A stretch of 64,000 nucleotides of DNA from Chiloscyllium plagiosum (GCF_004010195.1 NC_057719.1:26633537-26697536); one strand, 5' to 3'. Counted from the first letter of the stretch, positions 50,205-64,000 are shown. Numbers and translations are program-made. The notes: generated from the letters alone by a model not told the origin.

Positions 50205-51447
50205 AATTTTCTGAACCCATTCAAGTTTCACAGCATCCTTCCTATAGCAGGGAGATCAAAATTGCACACAGCATTCTAAAGGTGGCCTAACCAATGTCCT
50301 ATAGACCCGCAACAAGACCTTTCAACTCGCACACTCAATGCACTGACGGATAACGGTAAGCGTGCCAAGCGCCTTCTTCACTAGCCTGTCTACCTGTGAC
50401 CCCACTTATGAACCTACACCTCTTTGTGCAGCAACACACCCCAGACTTTACCATTAAGTGTATAAGTCCTACCCCGATTGCCTTACCAAAATGCAGCACC
50501 TCACATTTATCTAAATTAAAGTCTATCTGCCATTTCACAGCCAATTTGCCTATCAGATCAAGGTCTTGGATGAGGGAAGTGAAAGCAAATTAGCAGATGA
50601 CACAAAAGTCTACAGAAGTATATGGACAGGTTAAACAAGTGGTCAAAACTTGATGGATGAATGTAATGTGGGAAACTTATGTGGTTATACACACTTTGGC
50701 AGGAAGAATAGCAGAACTGAATATTATTTAAATGGAGAAAAGCTGCAGAAAGCTACAGCACAGGAGGATTTGGAAAATTTTGTGCATGAATTACAAAAAG
50801 CTAGCATACAAAGTTCAGTCGGTAATATGGAAGGCAAATGGAAATATTGGCCTTTATTTCAAGGGAGTGGAGTATAGTAATTGGGAAGTACTGCTAAAAC
50901 TATACAAGACACCAGTTAGACCACAGCTGAAATATTGTGGATGGTTTTTGTTCTTTATTGATGGTAAGCTATATTGGCTTTGGAGGCAGTCCAGAGAAGA
51001 TTCACTAGGCTGAAGCAAGGTACAGAGGAATTTTCTTATGAGGATAAGTTGAGTAGGTTGGACCTGCCCTCATTGGAGTTTAGAAGAATGACACCCAACC
51101 TTATTGAAAGATCCAACATTCTTCGAGGATTTGAGAGGGTATATGCAGCGTGGTTAATTCCCTTTGAGGTAAAATCTAGGGCCAGAGGACACTATCTCAC
51201 AACCATCGAAAGCAGAAATGAGAAGTAATTTCTTCTCTCAGAGGGTCATGAATCTATTGAATACCTCACTACAAAGGGGATGGCTGAGGCTGGGTCAATG
51301 AGTAATCAATGAGGGAATCAAGAGTTATGTGGAAAAGACAGGGAAGCTGAGTTGAGGACTGCGAGATCAGCTTTAATCTCGGTGAACAGCAGAGCAGACT
51401 CTATTGGCTGCATGGACTTTATTTGTTCCTATGTCTTATGGTCTTAC
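50205..51447. mobile_element. Two CR1 fragments in opposite orientation (minus ~50205-50567, plus ~50570-51447)
   Basis: WQIDFNLDKCEVLHFG on the minus strand. HFGRKN, LYKTPVRPQLKYC and LEAVQRRFTRL on the plus strand. Confidence 0.8.
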
Positions 51448-51769
51448 AATCTTAGTCTATTTCTCTGACAATGTGCTGTCCCATTACATCTGTGATTCTG
51501 CAACTTACTTGTTAACCCTTTGATAATCACTTATTACACATTACCATGCTTTTGCTCCTGTTTGCTATCCTTCAGATACTCTCACAACATTTCAGAAAAA
51601 TCTGGATGAGCACTTCAAAAGCCAGAGCGCAGTAGGCTATGGCCCAAATGTAGGTAAGTGAGATTAGTGTAGTTTGGTGCTAGTTGGTCGGCATAGACAT
51701 GGTGTTTCTATGTTGTATGATTCTATGACTCTACTTATCATTCTAACAACCTCGTGCCAATACAGCACC

Positions 51770-52340
51770 TAGAGTCATAGAGCTGTACAGCATGGAAACA
51801 GACCCTTCAGTCCAACTCATCCATCCCAAATTAATCTAGTCCCATTTGCCAGCGTTTGGCCCATATCCTTTCCAATTCATATATCCATCCAGATACTTTT
51901 TAAATGTTGTAATCGTACCAACCTCCACCACTTCTTCTGACAGCTCATTTCGTACACACACCACCCTCTACATGAAAAGGTTGCCCGTTAGGTCCCTTTT
52001 AAATCTTTCCCCTCTCACCTGAAGCCTATGTTCTCCAGAGTTCGACTCCCCACCCGAGGGAAAAGACATTGGTTATTCATCCTTTCCATGCCCCTTATGA
52101 TTTTATAAACCTCTATAAGGTCACCCCTCGGCCTCTGATGCTCCAGGGAAAATAGCCCGAGCTTATTCAACCTCTCACAATAGCTCAAACCGTCCAGCCC
52201 TGGCAACATCCTTTTAAATCTTTTATGAACCCTTTCAAGTTTCACAACATCTTTCCTATAGTAGGGAGATCAGAATTGCAAGTGCCTAACCAATGTCCTG
52301 TACAGCCACAACATGGCTTCCCAACTCCTAAGCTCAATGG
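51770..52340 (-). mobile_element. CR1 3' fragment
   Basis: LERVHKRFKRMLPGL...RGDLIEVYKI. Confidence 0.85.
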
Positions 52341-55300
52341 AATATTTCAGGAGATCCCTGTATTGTTCTGTTTCAATTGCTACCCATATCCTTTCCCCAC
52401 CAATTCACTCAGATTTCCACATTTTATAAATTGATAGAGCATGAAGGAGGCCAATTATCACAGATTTAAGGATTTTTTTTCTCTAAAGGCAGTCAATCTG
52501 CAGATGAGCTGGTTCTTTGAAAGAGTTATCCAATTAGTCCCAGTCTCCTGCTTAACCTAAAGCCTGAATTGGTTTCTTTTTCCAAGTATAAACCCAACTG
52601 TCATTCAAAATTTATCATTAAATCTGCTTCCATCCACTTTTCAGACATTATTTCCAAATTTCAAGTCAATTCATAAAATAAATTCTTCTCTGTCCTCTGG
52701 CACTCTTGCCAATTCATTCCAACTCAGAAATTGGAGCTGGAATGTACTTGTAATAAGCCTAAAGTTCGTAACATCTCAGCCTTTGAACAAAGTTCAGCCA
52801 CTGCCTAAGATCATCAGATAGTCCCTATTCTAAAATATATTGTTTTACCATATTTGCACATATAAAAGTTGAATACCTGAGAGCTATTTTAGGGTCCATT
52901 TTTACACAGATAATGTATTTGACGGATTTGAACTTTATGCTTGATTAGAGTGAAAAAAAGACTGTCAGTGGAATAAAGTATAAACTAACACAATAAAGAA
53001 TTTGAATTAATTGTTATCTTTTAGTTATTTGATAACGTTACAAATTACATTTTAACAAATGCAATATGAATATATATCACAGACTAACTTCAAAATATCA
53101 TGTTGAAATCCTTTCCTAAATTACTCTGAATCAACAAACAATTTGTTCAAATGCCTGATTACATATCATTAGCATACAGATCTTCTTTCAAAAACATAGT
53201 GAATAACAATGTCAGCATCATCAACAATTAATCACTCTCGGTACGACTGAGCACATTCAATAAGCAACAGTTTAGAAATCATGGTTTGAAATATTGGAAT
53301 CAAATTAATTCCATGACCTATTTGCACAATGTTGTCATGCTGCTGCTTAGTGAATGTCTTTATCACCTTCCATCAGCCAATTTCACCATATTATTTGGAC
53401 AGTGTCATTGAGAGATTTATTTACTCACAAATGTAAGGACTGAACAACAATTGTAAGAGTGTCAGGTTTAGCTTCCATTGTTGGTCACGCCTGATCTCAT
53501 CCGCTGCATTTTACAAGGGGCTGCATTACATCCTAGTATGGTAATTGTTAGACCTCCATCTTTTAGGGAATGAGGGCCCAGCCCCAAACCTGATTGGCTG
53601 GCAGCTGACTACTCCCAGCAGTGCCAGAGCTCAGTCGTGACTGACAAGTCTGGGGTTTAGAGGTTGGGGGTGGGTATAACACCTTGGGACTGTCTTTGAT
53701 GGGAACTGGCCCAGTCCCAGAAGAGACCTTTCTTCCTGCATTATATCTGAGTTTATGAAGTGGCAGGCTGGCCTTCGTAGTTCTGCCAAGCCCAGGCACA
53801 TGTATTATTGCAGTAGGGATGGAAATCAACCCTTAAGTGGTCATTAATTGGAGCTCAGTAGACCTAAAGAAGATAGGTTGGTCGATACCTTATCTACAAA
53901 CTACTTTATGTGGGGGGCGTGTTTTGGGGTTGGCATGAATGCAGGAGGCTTGCCACCAGCCCTGCCCAGCTGCATATTTGCCAACCAAGAGTTGGAAGGC
54001 ACACACACACAATCATTGACTTGACGGATTGGGATATGAGCAAATCTTTCTCTTTGTGTGATTCTCCCAGCTTAAGATTCCATACTTCATTTGTCTCGTT
54101 TCTTTCAAACCTGTATCATGAACACGACCAATGCCTTTCTGAAATTTCATTTTGGGAGAGCTTTTAGCTTAAATATTCATATAAATAAATTAAATAAAAC
54201 ATAAATACCATCTTGTACCATAAGCTATACAAGACGGAATCTCTGCTCTGTAACCCACTCCTCTTGTTCTCAGCCTAAACCTGTGCCAGACTGCCAGCCA
54301 TCCTCTCCTTCTGAAAACAGGCCAAGATTATGACCCGCCAACTACAGAACTACATTCACCTCACATAAAGAGAGTGCATCATAGCTTAGTTCCTCATGCA
54401 TGCCTCATCCCACATTTTGCCCATGTCCCGATGCACTCCCCTCCCAGTCCCTTGCTGCTGCCCAGACTCTGCTGTATCTTTCTTGCTATGTCATCATGTC
54501 CCAAGCTGACCTTTAGGACTGAGGTGCTGGTTTCAGAGGCCTGTGTTCTCAGCACTTTGTTGTAAAGCTATGAAACATTGGTGACCAGCCGTTATCAAGA
54601 AAGAAAGCTCAGCAGCTTTCAGCTTCACTGTTTGCTGCATGTTCTGGGAATCTTGTGGAAGGGCAATACCTGAGGCAAAGCTCTGAAGTATGTTAGCACT
54701 CAACAGTCAGGGGCAGCTTTCCTGGTCTGGGTAATTCGCAGGAATGAACATGGTCACATAACAAAGGATTATTTTGTATGGCAAGTTGGAGACTGAGATC
54801 AGCAGCTAGTTCACACAAAGTTCCTTTTAAAGAATACTTCTGGTGTGACATAAGGACCTTCAACATCTGACCTCATGCCTGGATGATCCAGGCTGATGAT
54901 AAAGGAAATCAGTTACATTGTGTGTGTGTTATTATGTGCCACTATGATGATAAATAGCTTGAGCAGCATCACTGCTGAAAACAATCACCTGCAATGATAC
55001 CCTGGATTTAATGAAGAATTTTTTCACCCAGAGGATAGTGGAACTCACTGCCTGTAAAGATGGTAGAGGCTGCAACTATCACAGCATTTAAGAAATATTT
55101 AGGTGATTTCTTGAAGTGTTGTAGCTGTAACGCTACAGGCCAAGTGCTGGAAAATGGGATTAGAGTAGATAGGACCAGAATGGAAATGATGGGTCAAAGA
55201 GCCACTTTCCATGTTGTAAAGTGTTTATACTCCCTGATGACTCTATGACTTGACAACCACTTCATATGTAGCTCCTGTAGTAGTACTGCCTCACACCAAT

Positions 55301-55959
55301 TGGTCTCTTCAGCCAAGAATAGAACTGCATTATATGAAGTTACCTCATCCTCAATAGATTTTATTGGTACAGGTCCATCATCTTATGCAGATGGCAGATT
55401 TAGGATATTTCCAATTCGGTCAATCGATGTGTGTTCTTCTTTCGATTTCACAGAATGTGGAATTTGATGATTATATAGTCAAGTTCAAGTGTGAGCTTTT
55501 GTTTTCTGGAGACTAAATTGTGCGTCTTCATGTATTCTGTGCACCACTCTACACTAACCTTGAATTCTTGAATACCACCTTTCTTTGCCACTCACTGTGT
55601 CAATGCTTGTGATCTCATTCTGTCATTGTATTCTTCAGTTTAGATTGAGTTTTGTACTTGTCACTCATTCGCAAAGGCATTGTGACAGATCTTATGGTAG
55701 GCAGTAGTCTTGTCGATTGGATGGTTGCTGCTCTAATTGGCACAGGGAAAATCTAAAGGTTTTCAAACATGCCTTGAAATTAATGAACAATAATAATAAC
55801 CTGTAACTAATTAATAACTCAAATATGTTTTGATCCCTGAAAAACTAGGTTCGATTTTTACATGAAGTATGTGAAAAATTATATCTCTTAGATCAAATGT
55901 CAACTTTTACATGAGATTGACTTTTGTATGAGTATATTCATTAAATATTTAATGAAGTT

Positions 55960-56970
55960 GGCCATGGATAGGGTGAATTGACAAGGTCATTTCCCTGGGA
56001 TGGGGCAGTCCAGAACTAAAGGGCTTAGGTTGAGAACATAGAACATAGAGCATAGAACAATATAGCACAGAACAGGCCCTTTGGCCCTCGATGTTGCGCC
56101 GACCTGTGAAATATTCTCAGCTCGTCCCACTACACTATCCCATCATCCTCCATGTGCTTATCCAAGGATTGTTTAAATCTCTCTAATGTGGCTGAATTGA
56201 CTATATTAGCAGGTTGGGCATTCTACGCCCTTACCACTCTCTGCGTAAAGAACCTACCTCTGATGTCTGTCTTAAATCTATCACCCCTCAATTTGTAGTT
56301 ATGCCCCATCATACAAGCTGACATCATTATCCTCAGAAAAAGACTTTCACTGTCTACCCTATCTAATCCTCTGATTATCTTCTATGTCTCTATCGAATCC
56401 CCTCTTAGCTTTCTTCTTTCCAATGAGAAGAGACCCAAGTCTCTCAGCCTTTCCTCATAAGAGCCTCCCTCCAGACCAGGCAACATCCTGGTAAATCTCC
56501 TCTGCATCTTTTCCAATGCTTCCACATCCTTCCTGAAATATGGCGACCAGATCTGTACACAATATTCCAAGTGTGGCCGCACTAGCATTTTGTATAGTTG
56601 CAGCATGATATTGCGGCTCTGGAACTCAATCCCTCTACGGATGAAACCTGACACACCGTTTGCCTTCTTAACAGCACTATCAACCTGGGTGGCAACTTTC
56701 AGGGACGAGAAGGGAGAGATATAAAAGCGACCAAAGGGGGAACTTTTTTACTCAGAGGGTGGTAGGTGGATGGAATGAATTGTCAGAGGAAATGGTGGAG
56801 GCTGGTACAGTGACAACATTTAAAGACATCTGGATGGGTTTAGAGGAGTTTAGAGGGATATGGGCCAACTGCTGGCAAATGGGACGTGATTAATTTAGGA
56901 TATCTGGTCGGCATGGATGAGTTGGACCGAAAGGTCTGTTTCCATGCTGTACAGCTCTATGACTTTATAA
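55960..56970 (+). mobile_element. CR1 3' fragment with a nested opposite-strand CR1 (~56033-56706)
   Basis: The inner minus-strand ORF reads LVRPHLEYCVQIWSP...LERRKLRGD with a (catagaa)n tail. The outer element resumes at gagaagggagagatataaaag. Confidence 0.85.
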
Positions 56971-58006
56971 GTAAATGTTAATAAATTAATAAGTTATAAG
57001 TAAGTGCAACAACTTAGTGACTTAACCACTCACATAGTTTGAGTCATCTTCAAGGGTGACTACAGCTGAAGTTAAGCTCCATATTCTACTGGCTCTATGC
57101 ACTGCACTAGTCTTTCACTTCTGTTATGTTAAGTCACTGTTTGGAAAGTCCACCCAATGGAGATCCAACATGGCGTAGGTCTACCGGTGTAGCTGTAGAA
57201 GAATTTTAATAAGAGCAACCAACAAGCTGCCCATAGTTTTGGTTGCATGGATCACAATAAAAGATCAAACAACCCCAATTGTTCTGGATCTTTTATAGCA
57301 GCAACAGGATAGCTATCTATTATCATTGAGTGCAGTAAACTTTTCTCCCCAAATTTGTGCAAAAGAGGCCTTTATGAGTTAGTGCTGAATAGAGCTTGAC
57401 TAATGCAGCGAGCAAGATGTGAATTAAACAGCACTCCATTCTTAGGGAAGATGTTATTCGGTGATTCTGATGTTAGGAAATATAGTATAAAGTATTAGAG
57501 CTCTTTTTTCCTCTCTGTTTGGTCTCTTGCTTGACAGCAGTGTAGGTCAGTAAATTTCATTCATGGTCTTCCTGATATTCCAGTCATTTTAATGAATGAG
57601 AACAGTCATACATTAGACAGGAGTATCTGAAAATTTGCTTCAGTTCAGAGAAGCTTTACCAGGATGAGACCTGTGATTAAGGGGTTATGTAATGAACAAG
57701 GATAAGGCTAATGAATACGTTTGGGCTTGACCCCATTGAAGTTTTGAAGAAAGAGACACAATCTAATTGAAACATGTAAGATTCCAAAGGTCTTCACAGG
57801 GTAGAAGCTGAGCAGATGTTTCTCCTCATGGCAGAATCTTGAATTGGGACTGCAATCTCAGAATAAGAGATCTTCCACTTCAGTTAGAGATGAAGAGAAA
57901 TAGCTTTCCTCAGGGAGTTGCTAATCTCTGGAATTCTTTATCCTAGATGGCAACAGAGACTGGGTTGTTGAATGTGTTCAAGTGTGAGTTAGGCATTGTA
58001 ATGGGA

Positions 58007-58212
58007 GGTAGAAAGTGAGGACTGCAGATGCTGGAGATCAGAGTCAAAACGTGTGGTGCTGGAAAAGCACAGTGCAGTCAGGCAGCACCCAAGGAGCAGG
58101 AGAGTCAACATTTTGAGCATAAGCCCTTCATTCCTGAGGAGTTTATGATCAAAATGTTGACTCTCCTGCTCCTCAGATGCTACCTGACCGGCTGTGCTTT
58201 TCCAGCACCACA
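58007..58212. mobile_element. Palindromic PLE-derived element in a CR1 3' fragment (~57620-58345)
   Basis: Inverted arms and a direct repeat cattgtaatggga on both sides. Confidence 0.75.
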
Positions 58213-59640
58213 CATTGTAATGGGAAGTGCAGGCAGGAAAGTGGAGTTGAGACCACGATCAAAGCTACAATGATTTAATTGTGTAGTGGATCAAGTTTGC
58301 AGGACCTAATGGTCTACTCCTGCTCCTATTTCTTATGATCTTGAATAGATTTGATTTAGAATCAAGAAGAACTAGTTCAGGTTTAGCATTCATGTTTGCT
58401 TGAAGTAAAGGATTACGTAGTCCCCAAAGTGGTGTTACATCCAAATGCTTTAACCTTGCAGAAAGATGAATACATTAAAAATACAATGACTTCAGGAGCA
58501 TTGTACTTTTGGAACCTTATCTTAAAACTTGGTAATTAGAAAGAGAACATACTAAATAGATGCTCTAGACCAAAATATTTTTGCTTTGCTTTTTAATATT
58601 GACTTGGTGTCATGTTGAGGTAGCCAGTGAAGAATGATTCTGATAGCTTCTCAGTGCTGAGTTAACCTGTTTTCTGATGGCATTAAGGTGATATTTATAT
58701 GTCAGAACAAGGACAGATAAAAATCAGCCAGATTTCCAAACCTGATAATCATCCGCTGACCTCAACTGAAAAATGTATGTGTATAGTAGTCGCTGGACTG
58801 AGCAAGGATCAGATCAATCTCAACCATGATGCTAGTAATTAATTGCCTTGACTTTTTATAATAAATAGGTATGTTAGAGTTGGAAATTATTTTTAAAATG
58901 CCTCATCTTTTCTTGGTAATTATTGTGGGTTTCTAAAAAAAAGTCTATTTATTTCAGTCGCCTGAGGCGGGAATTGAACCCGGGTCTCTGGTGCTGTGAG
59001 GCAGCAGTGCTAACCACTGTGCCACCATGCCGCCCATTAGGTATGTTAGAGTTGGAAATTTTTTTTAAAATGCCTCATCTTTTCTTGGTAATTATTGTGG
59101 GTTTCTAAAAAAAAGTCTATTTATTTTTTTCCCAGAAAATGATCAGAGATAAAATGGAAATATAACATTGAGAACAAAATGACATATTTTGGCAATATAA
59201 TCCCATAAGATTACAAAAATGATACTGAGAAAAGAGCCATTTAGTTTTCTCTTTCCCTTCTAATTGTTCTATGCCCTGGATCTATTCATGCAGATTCAAC
59301 TCCGCTGTTAAATTTCTATCTATTGATTTCTGATTAAATTGATGTATTTTCAAGGAATATGGTGCCAGTTGTTCCTTTAACACTCATCATTTTATAGCAA
59401 CATGTTAATAAGCTGTGTCCTAATAAACGCACTCTTTCGGAAACTTCGAAATAAGACAATTTTGAATTGGCAAAAACAATTGGCAACATTAGAGGAATTT
59501 CTCTCCTTAACTTTATTGATACAAATTAAATCCTTACCAGTCAATTTTTTTCATCTGATGAGAATGTTTTGAATCCTTTGAGTCTAAGCTAGTGGTAGGA
59601 TCTGGAGTTCACTGTGTTCAGAAAGTCTATGTGTTGAATG

Positions 59641-60434
59641 TTACACAACACCAGGTTATAGTCCAACAGATTTAATTGGAAGCACACTAGTTTTCGGAGC
59701 ATCGCTCCTTCATCAGTTGATAGTGGAGGGCTCAATCCTAATACACAGAATTTATAGCAAACATTTACAGTGTGATGCATTCTAATCTAAAAAGTGAGAT
59801 AACAGAGTTTTACATAAATTCATGCAGTTTTTGAGCTCAGAGTTCTACATGAATGCATGCAATTTTTGAGCAAAGTACAATGTAACCCTGCAAGTACAAA
59901 TTGACCCCACAAAATATATGTGTGCATGTGGGTCTTTGTCTGTGTGTATGTGTGTGTGTGTCTGTCTGGTTTGGGGATCGTGAGTGTGAGAAAGTGTATG
60001 TGTGTGTGTGTTAATGTGCAACTCCGTTATCTCACTTTTTAGATTAGAATCAATCTAAACATCATGACATAGACAGAGAACACAGGGGGGCTAACACCTT
60101 CAACATATTGTCTAGCTAACACCAATTGTTAACAGCTAACCTGAGAATGCAACTTTTTTAAAAAAAGTTTTGTGATTTACACATGAAAGAAATGAAACAA
60201 TCATGGTATTCAAACAAATGAAAGGCTTAGTAGACAATCAATTTTTCAATGTATAATTTCAGTTAGATCACACTGTAAATTTTTGCCATAAATTCTGTGT
60301 GTTAAGATTGAGCCCTCCACTACCACCTGATGGAGCGGCACTCCGAAAGCTAGTGTGCTTCCAATTAAACCTGTTGGACTATAACCTGGTGTTGTGTGAT
60401 TTTTAACTTTGTACACCCCAGTCCAACACCGGCA
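59641..60434. mobile_element. PLE-derived element with inverted terminal arms and an internal inversion
   Basis: cacaacaccaggttatagtccaacag / ctgttggactataacctggtgttgtg inverted arms. Same family as 31335-31662. Confidence 0.7.
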
Positions 60435-60503
60435 GTGATTAAAAATTGTTCAGAACACTGATCTTGGATTTAGTTATAAATACAATGTTAGATATTTTGG
60501 AGG

Positions 60504-60655
60504 AGAAAGTGAGGTCTGCAGATGCTGGAGATCAGAGCTGAAAATGTGTTGCTGGAAAAGCGCAGCAGGTCAGGCAGCATCCAGGGAACAGGAGAATCGA
60601 CGTTTCGGGCATAAGCCCTTCCTGAAGAAGGGCTTATGCCCGAAACATCGTTTCT
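60504..60655. mobile_element. PLE-derived element with a 15-bp target duplication
   Basis: tagatattttggagg on both sides. Central palindrome gtttcgggcataagcccttc / gaagggcttatgcccgaaac. Confidence 0.8.
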
Positions 60656-61859
60656 CTAGATATTTTGGAGGCAAACAGTATTAAAACTGGGATTTAAAGG
60701 CTCATATGAAAATATGAAAAGAAGAACTAAAGGTGCCTGAATGATGTGGGTTAAGAAAGGTTGCAGAATCACACAAGGAGTCTTGAAAGGTCTGTCTCTA
60801 CATCAGGAACAACCTGTGGCATCTTTTAAGTAAATTCCAGGTATCAAGACAAAACTCTCACTAGACAGCAGTGCATATCTCATCTCATTACTCTGCAGCT
60901 TGCTATTATACCATCAATAGCAAGCAAACTAGACATTGGGAATTCTCCATATGGAAGTTCGAGCGGGTACTTGGCAACTTCGGCTCATGGCTGGCTGGAC
61001 TTCATGTTGGACACCATGCACCAGCATCTCAGGGCACATTCCATGAGCACTGGCCCCATGAGTCCCACATCCATTGACATTACTTTTCAACATGTGCCAG
61101 CCTCTAAGAGCCCTCATGACATATATCCAATTCACTTACAGTGTGCTTCTGTACTGCAATGCTGCACCTCAAATTGCACCAGCAACTACCATTTGTAATG
61201 CTGCAGCAAAGACACTCTACGCTCACAAGCATATAACCAACTCATGAACTGGACCAGGTTGCTCACTTGATCTTTTAGTGATCATTTACTTTGAACTGAC
61301 CTGGATGCTTACAACATCCTTGGCTTGCCTTGCATTTTGGCACATTACCCCAGAGTCAGAGATACCAAGCACACAGTACTGTTGTGTTGCTGTGCCATTC
61401 AGTTTAAACTAAGTGGCTTTCAGCAAGTCTCTGTCAATAGCCTTCACTCAGAGGGTCTGAGTACGGTAGGTCAAAGGCAATTTCCAGTATGAGTCCAGGT
61501 ACCTGGACACAATCAGTCAGCCACGGGGTGCACAGCCAGAATACTAATATTCTGTCCTCAAAGGGGTGAGAAGCCAAATATACACTACTCTTTCTGCCCC
61601 CTGTGAGCTGTATTCCTCCTGGAATGAGGCAGAGGCAGGTATTAAGGGACAAGAAATTGGGTGTTACTTTTGGTGCAGGTGGAGAGATGCCCTGAGTCAG
61701 TGAACGAGAAGCACAGAGGTGATGGAGGGTTAATGCTGTCAGGGATTGGAGTGGGGTACAGCGAGTGAGGATAACGAGATTGGTAGAGTGACCGCCTTGG
61801 GTGAGAAGGGTGGGTACAGTGGCAGAGATAGAGTGTGACGTTTTGGGGAGAATATGGTG

Positions 61860-61990
61860 GCTCTTACACCAGCAGAGTGAAGAAAGACACATACCTTGGT
61901 GGCAACCTCAGACCAGGTCATGTGCTGGCCCATCCTGGGGAGAAAAGATTATTCTATTCTGCACCCCCTTGTCCAATATGGCCTCCAACT
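61860..61990 (-). mobile_element. Second degenerate Harbinger Myb/SANT-like remnant
   Basis: GVQNRIIFSPQDG / TWSEVATKV motifs within a GC-richer block at ~60870-62000. Confidence 0.4.
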
Positions 61991-62229
61991 CCCATCCACA
62001 AAGAGGGACATTTTCCAATTTTCCATTGTCTGTCATGTCCGCCTCATAACATCTCTGGATAGAGAAAAAGAGTTAACATTTTGCGTTTGGTATGACTCTT
62101 CATAGTACTTATGATTATCATTATTATTGTTATTATTGCTATTGATCATTATCATGTTAAGAATAGAGATCTGATGAATGAGACAAAGTGGCGGTCTATT
62201 AGATAATAAGATCACCGGAAATCCTTAGG

Positions 62230-64000
62230 AGATATTGCAATGTGAAATTTCTATGACAAATCATCTACGAATATGAAAAACTCAACTGTTCATAAACAGA
62301 TATTTTACTTGGCCAATTCCTCATAAGGATAGAATGCAGCGCTGAAAAACATACCATATTCATCAAGTTGTGGTAAACTTCAACATGTAGTCAAACAGGC
62401 ATTTAATGCTCATACTAAATTTTGAAGAATCATTCAGCAGAGTGTGGGTACATTGTGTAGAACCATCACCAAAAGTTAAAGTGATAGAATGATATATGTT
62501 ACAGATAAAATAACCTAATTTCCAGAAACTATTCTTTTAAAGACAATTACAGCTAGAGTAGTAGTGGAAAAACTAACTCTGTTTTTCACTTGTTATGGAC
62601 TATCCATTGAAATGCAGTCATACCATAGCTTCGATTTTATGTATAAAAATTTTCAGGACTTAATAAGCAATTTATATGTAAAACTGCATATCACCCACAA
62701 GCACAGGGACCTTTGGAGAAATACTATCAGTCTCTCAAGTCCATGATTAAGGCACATTGTCATGAATACCTGCAGGATTGGGACAAAGGATTGGAGTTGT
62801 TGTTAATTGCCACCAGAGGTAAGGTAAGGGATCCATTAAAATTAATCAAGAGAAATCAAAAGGAATCTTTAATGTTGCATTACAGCCCATGTTTCTAGAG
62901 AGCCACAGGAGTGGGCAAAGTGGCACACAGCATTTAAAAATTTCACAGGCAATTTTGAAAGAATGAGCAGACAAATTCGCTGCAACTGGAACACTTCAAA
63001 CAGGCAACAAAAGATATGTATTATTATCCTAACAAGGTGAACCTCTGGAGGTGACATTCAGTGGTCTATACAAGATAGGTAGGAGGATTAGTTAAGTGAC
63101 TTATCTTGTAGGTATTCCAGATTGCAGCAAAAAGAATCAGTAATGTCACATAGACATGCTAAAGGAATATTATCATGGAGAAGAAGATAAGAAAGAGCAA
63201 GATGTCAGGTGCTGAGAATAATGAAGGATGTCAAGACCAGTAAGAGTGACTGAGAAGAAGAGATAGATATTTCAAAAGCAAGCCTCCTACAAACTGATTA
63301 GCCAGTGCTGAAATACTGGGACAGTCAGAGAGGATATTTCTATACATAAAGGAAGAACAATGGGAAGATTGAGTAAGGTCACATAAGAAATTTAAGGAAA
63401 TCTGTAGGAATATGCTGGGATGTACTAAGCCCGCCAGACATAATGAGGATGAAGGATTTTACAGGTCAATCTGCTTTAAAGCATATTTTGTTAAGTTGAA
63501 TTTGCTATAACATGATTAATGAATTGGTAACACTGTTTCTAAAATGGAAAGTTTTAAAATGTGTGTTGGCTGTAACATGATTACAGTGCCTACACTTTAA
63601 GTGCTGTTTCTGAAATGTGGTTTTTCTAAAAAGTGAGGTTGCACAAGAACGCAACCATTGCATTATAAAAGAACCGACTCTACTCCTGATAAAATAACAT
63701 TCTTATTGGTTATACTCAGAGATAAAACTCAGGTGGAAACAAGGTTTCAGTACCTGCTGGAAAATTGCCTGATTTAATCTGGCCACGCAGTTATGGTGAT
63801 GTTTGTTCATAAACAGAATGCAATGACTAGGTTTTGCATATACCCCTGGAAACTTAAGGCAGTACTGGAAACAGATTTAGACTCTGGTTCTCAGTTAAAA
63901 GATTATATCAATGCAGTTGGCAGTGCCTCATTTCTTTCTATGATTCATCTATTGAAGAGGTACTGACAATTGACATTAACATCAATAGAGAGAGATAACA
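62230..64000 (+). mobile_element. Degenerate Gmr1-like Gypsy pol (integrase upstream of RT)
   Basis: Integrase-like FSRVWVHCVEPSPK, FPETILL, FFTCYGLSIEMQS and SLKSMIKAHC..DWDKGL at ~62430-62820. RT-like DYINAVGSASFLSMIHLLKRY*QLTLT at 63901-63981. Confidence 0.65.

Noticed and set aside
41400..53000. Scattered minus-strand splice-like signals (~41415, 42201, 43180-43250, 46261, 52875-52940)
   Set aside because: The candidate exons are short, often contain stops, and resemble no protein I recognise.

Overview
This is vertebrate genomic DNA, most likely from a shark. That is an inference from the repeat landscape: dense CR1 LINE fragments, HE1/V-SINE-like tRNA-SINEs with (AATCT)n tails, and Penelope-like fragments. 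The only recognisable host gene is the last two coding exons and long 3' UTR of a PP2A B56-epsilon-like gene (PPP2R5E, + strand, 1257-2239, UTR to about 5.5 kb). The rest is repeat-rich DNA with two N gaps. The most striking structure is at 11967-18897 on the minus strand. A Gypsy LTR is split at its TATA-like motif by a ~5.2-kb head-to-tail array of poly(A)-tailed retroposons, most junctions marked by the target motif TAAACAGGAGTTT or a degenerate copy. The array holds a 5'-truncated Tx1-clade LINE, a U6 snRNA(1-67)/Tx1-3'-end chimera, a minimal Tx1 hairpin module, and three non-coding elements whose 5' heads resemble the LTR itself. A second LTR copy 1 kb away is hit at the same site. This suggests a sequence-specific Tx1 system that parasitises Gypsy LTRs and regenerates its own target. 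Also noted: hammerhead-like cores in Penelope-derived inverted repeats, local DNA capture by one such element, two ~90-bp duplications each flanking an 83-bp retro-fragment, decayed Harbinger and Gmr1-like elements, and a solo LTR. Family names come from motif recognition, not database searches, and most repeat boundaries are approximate.
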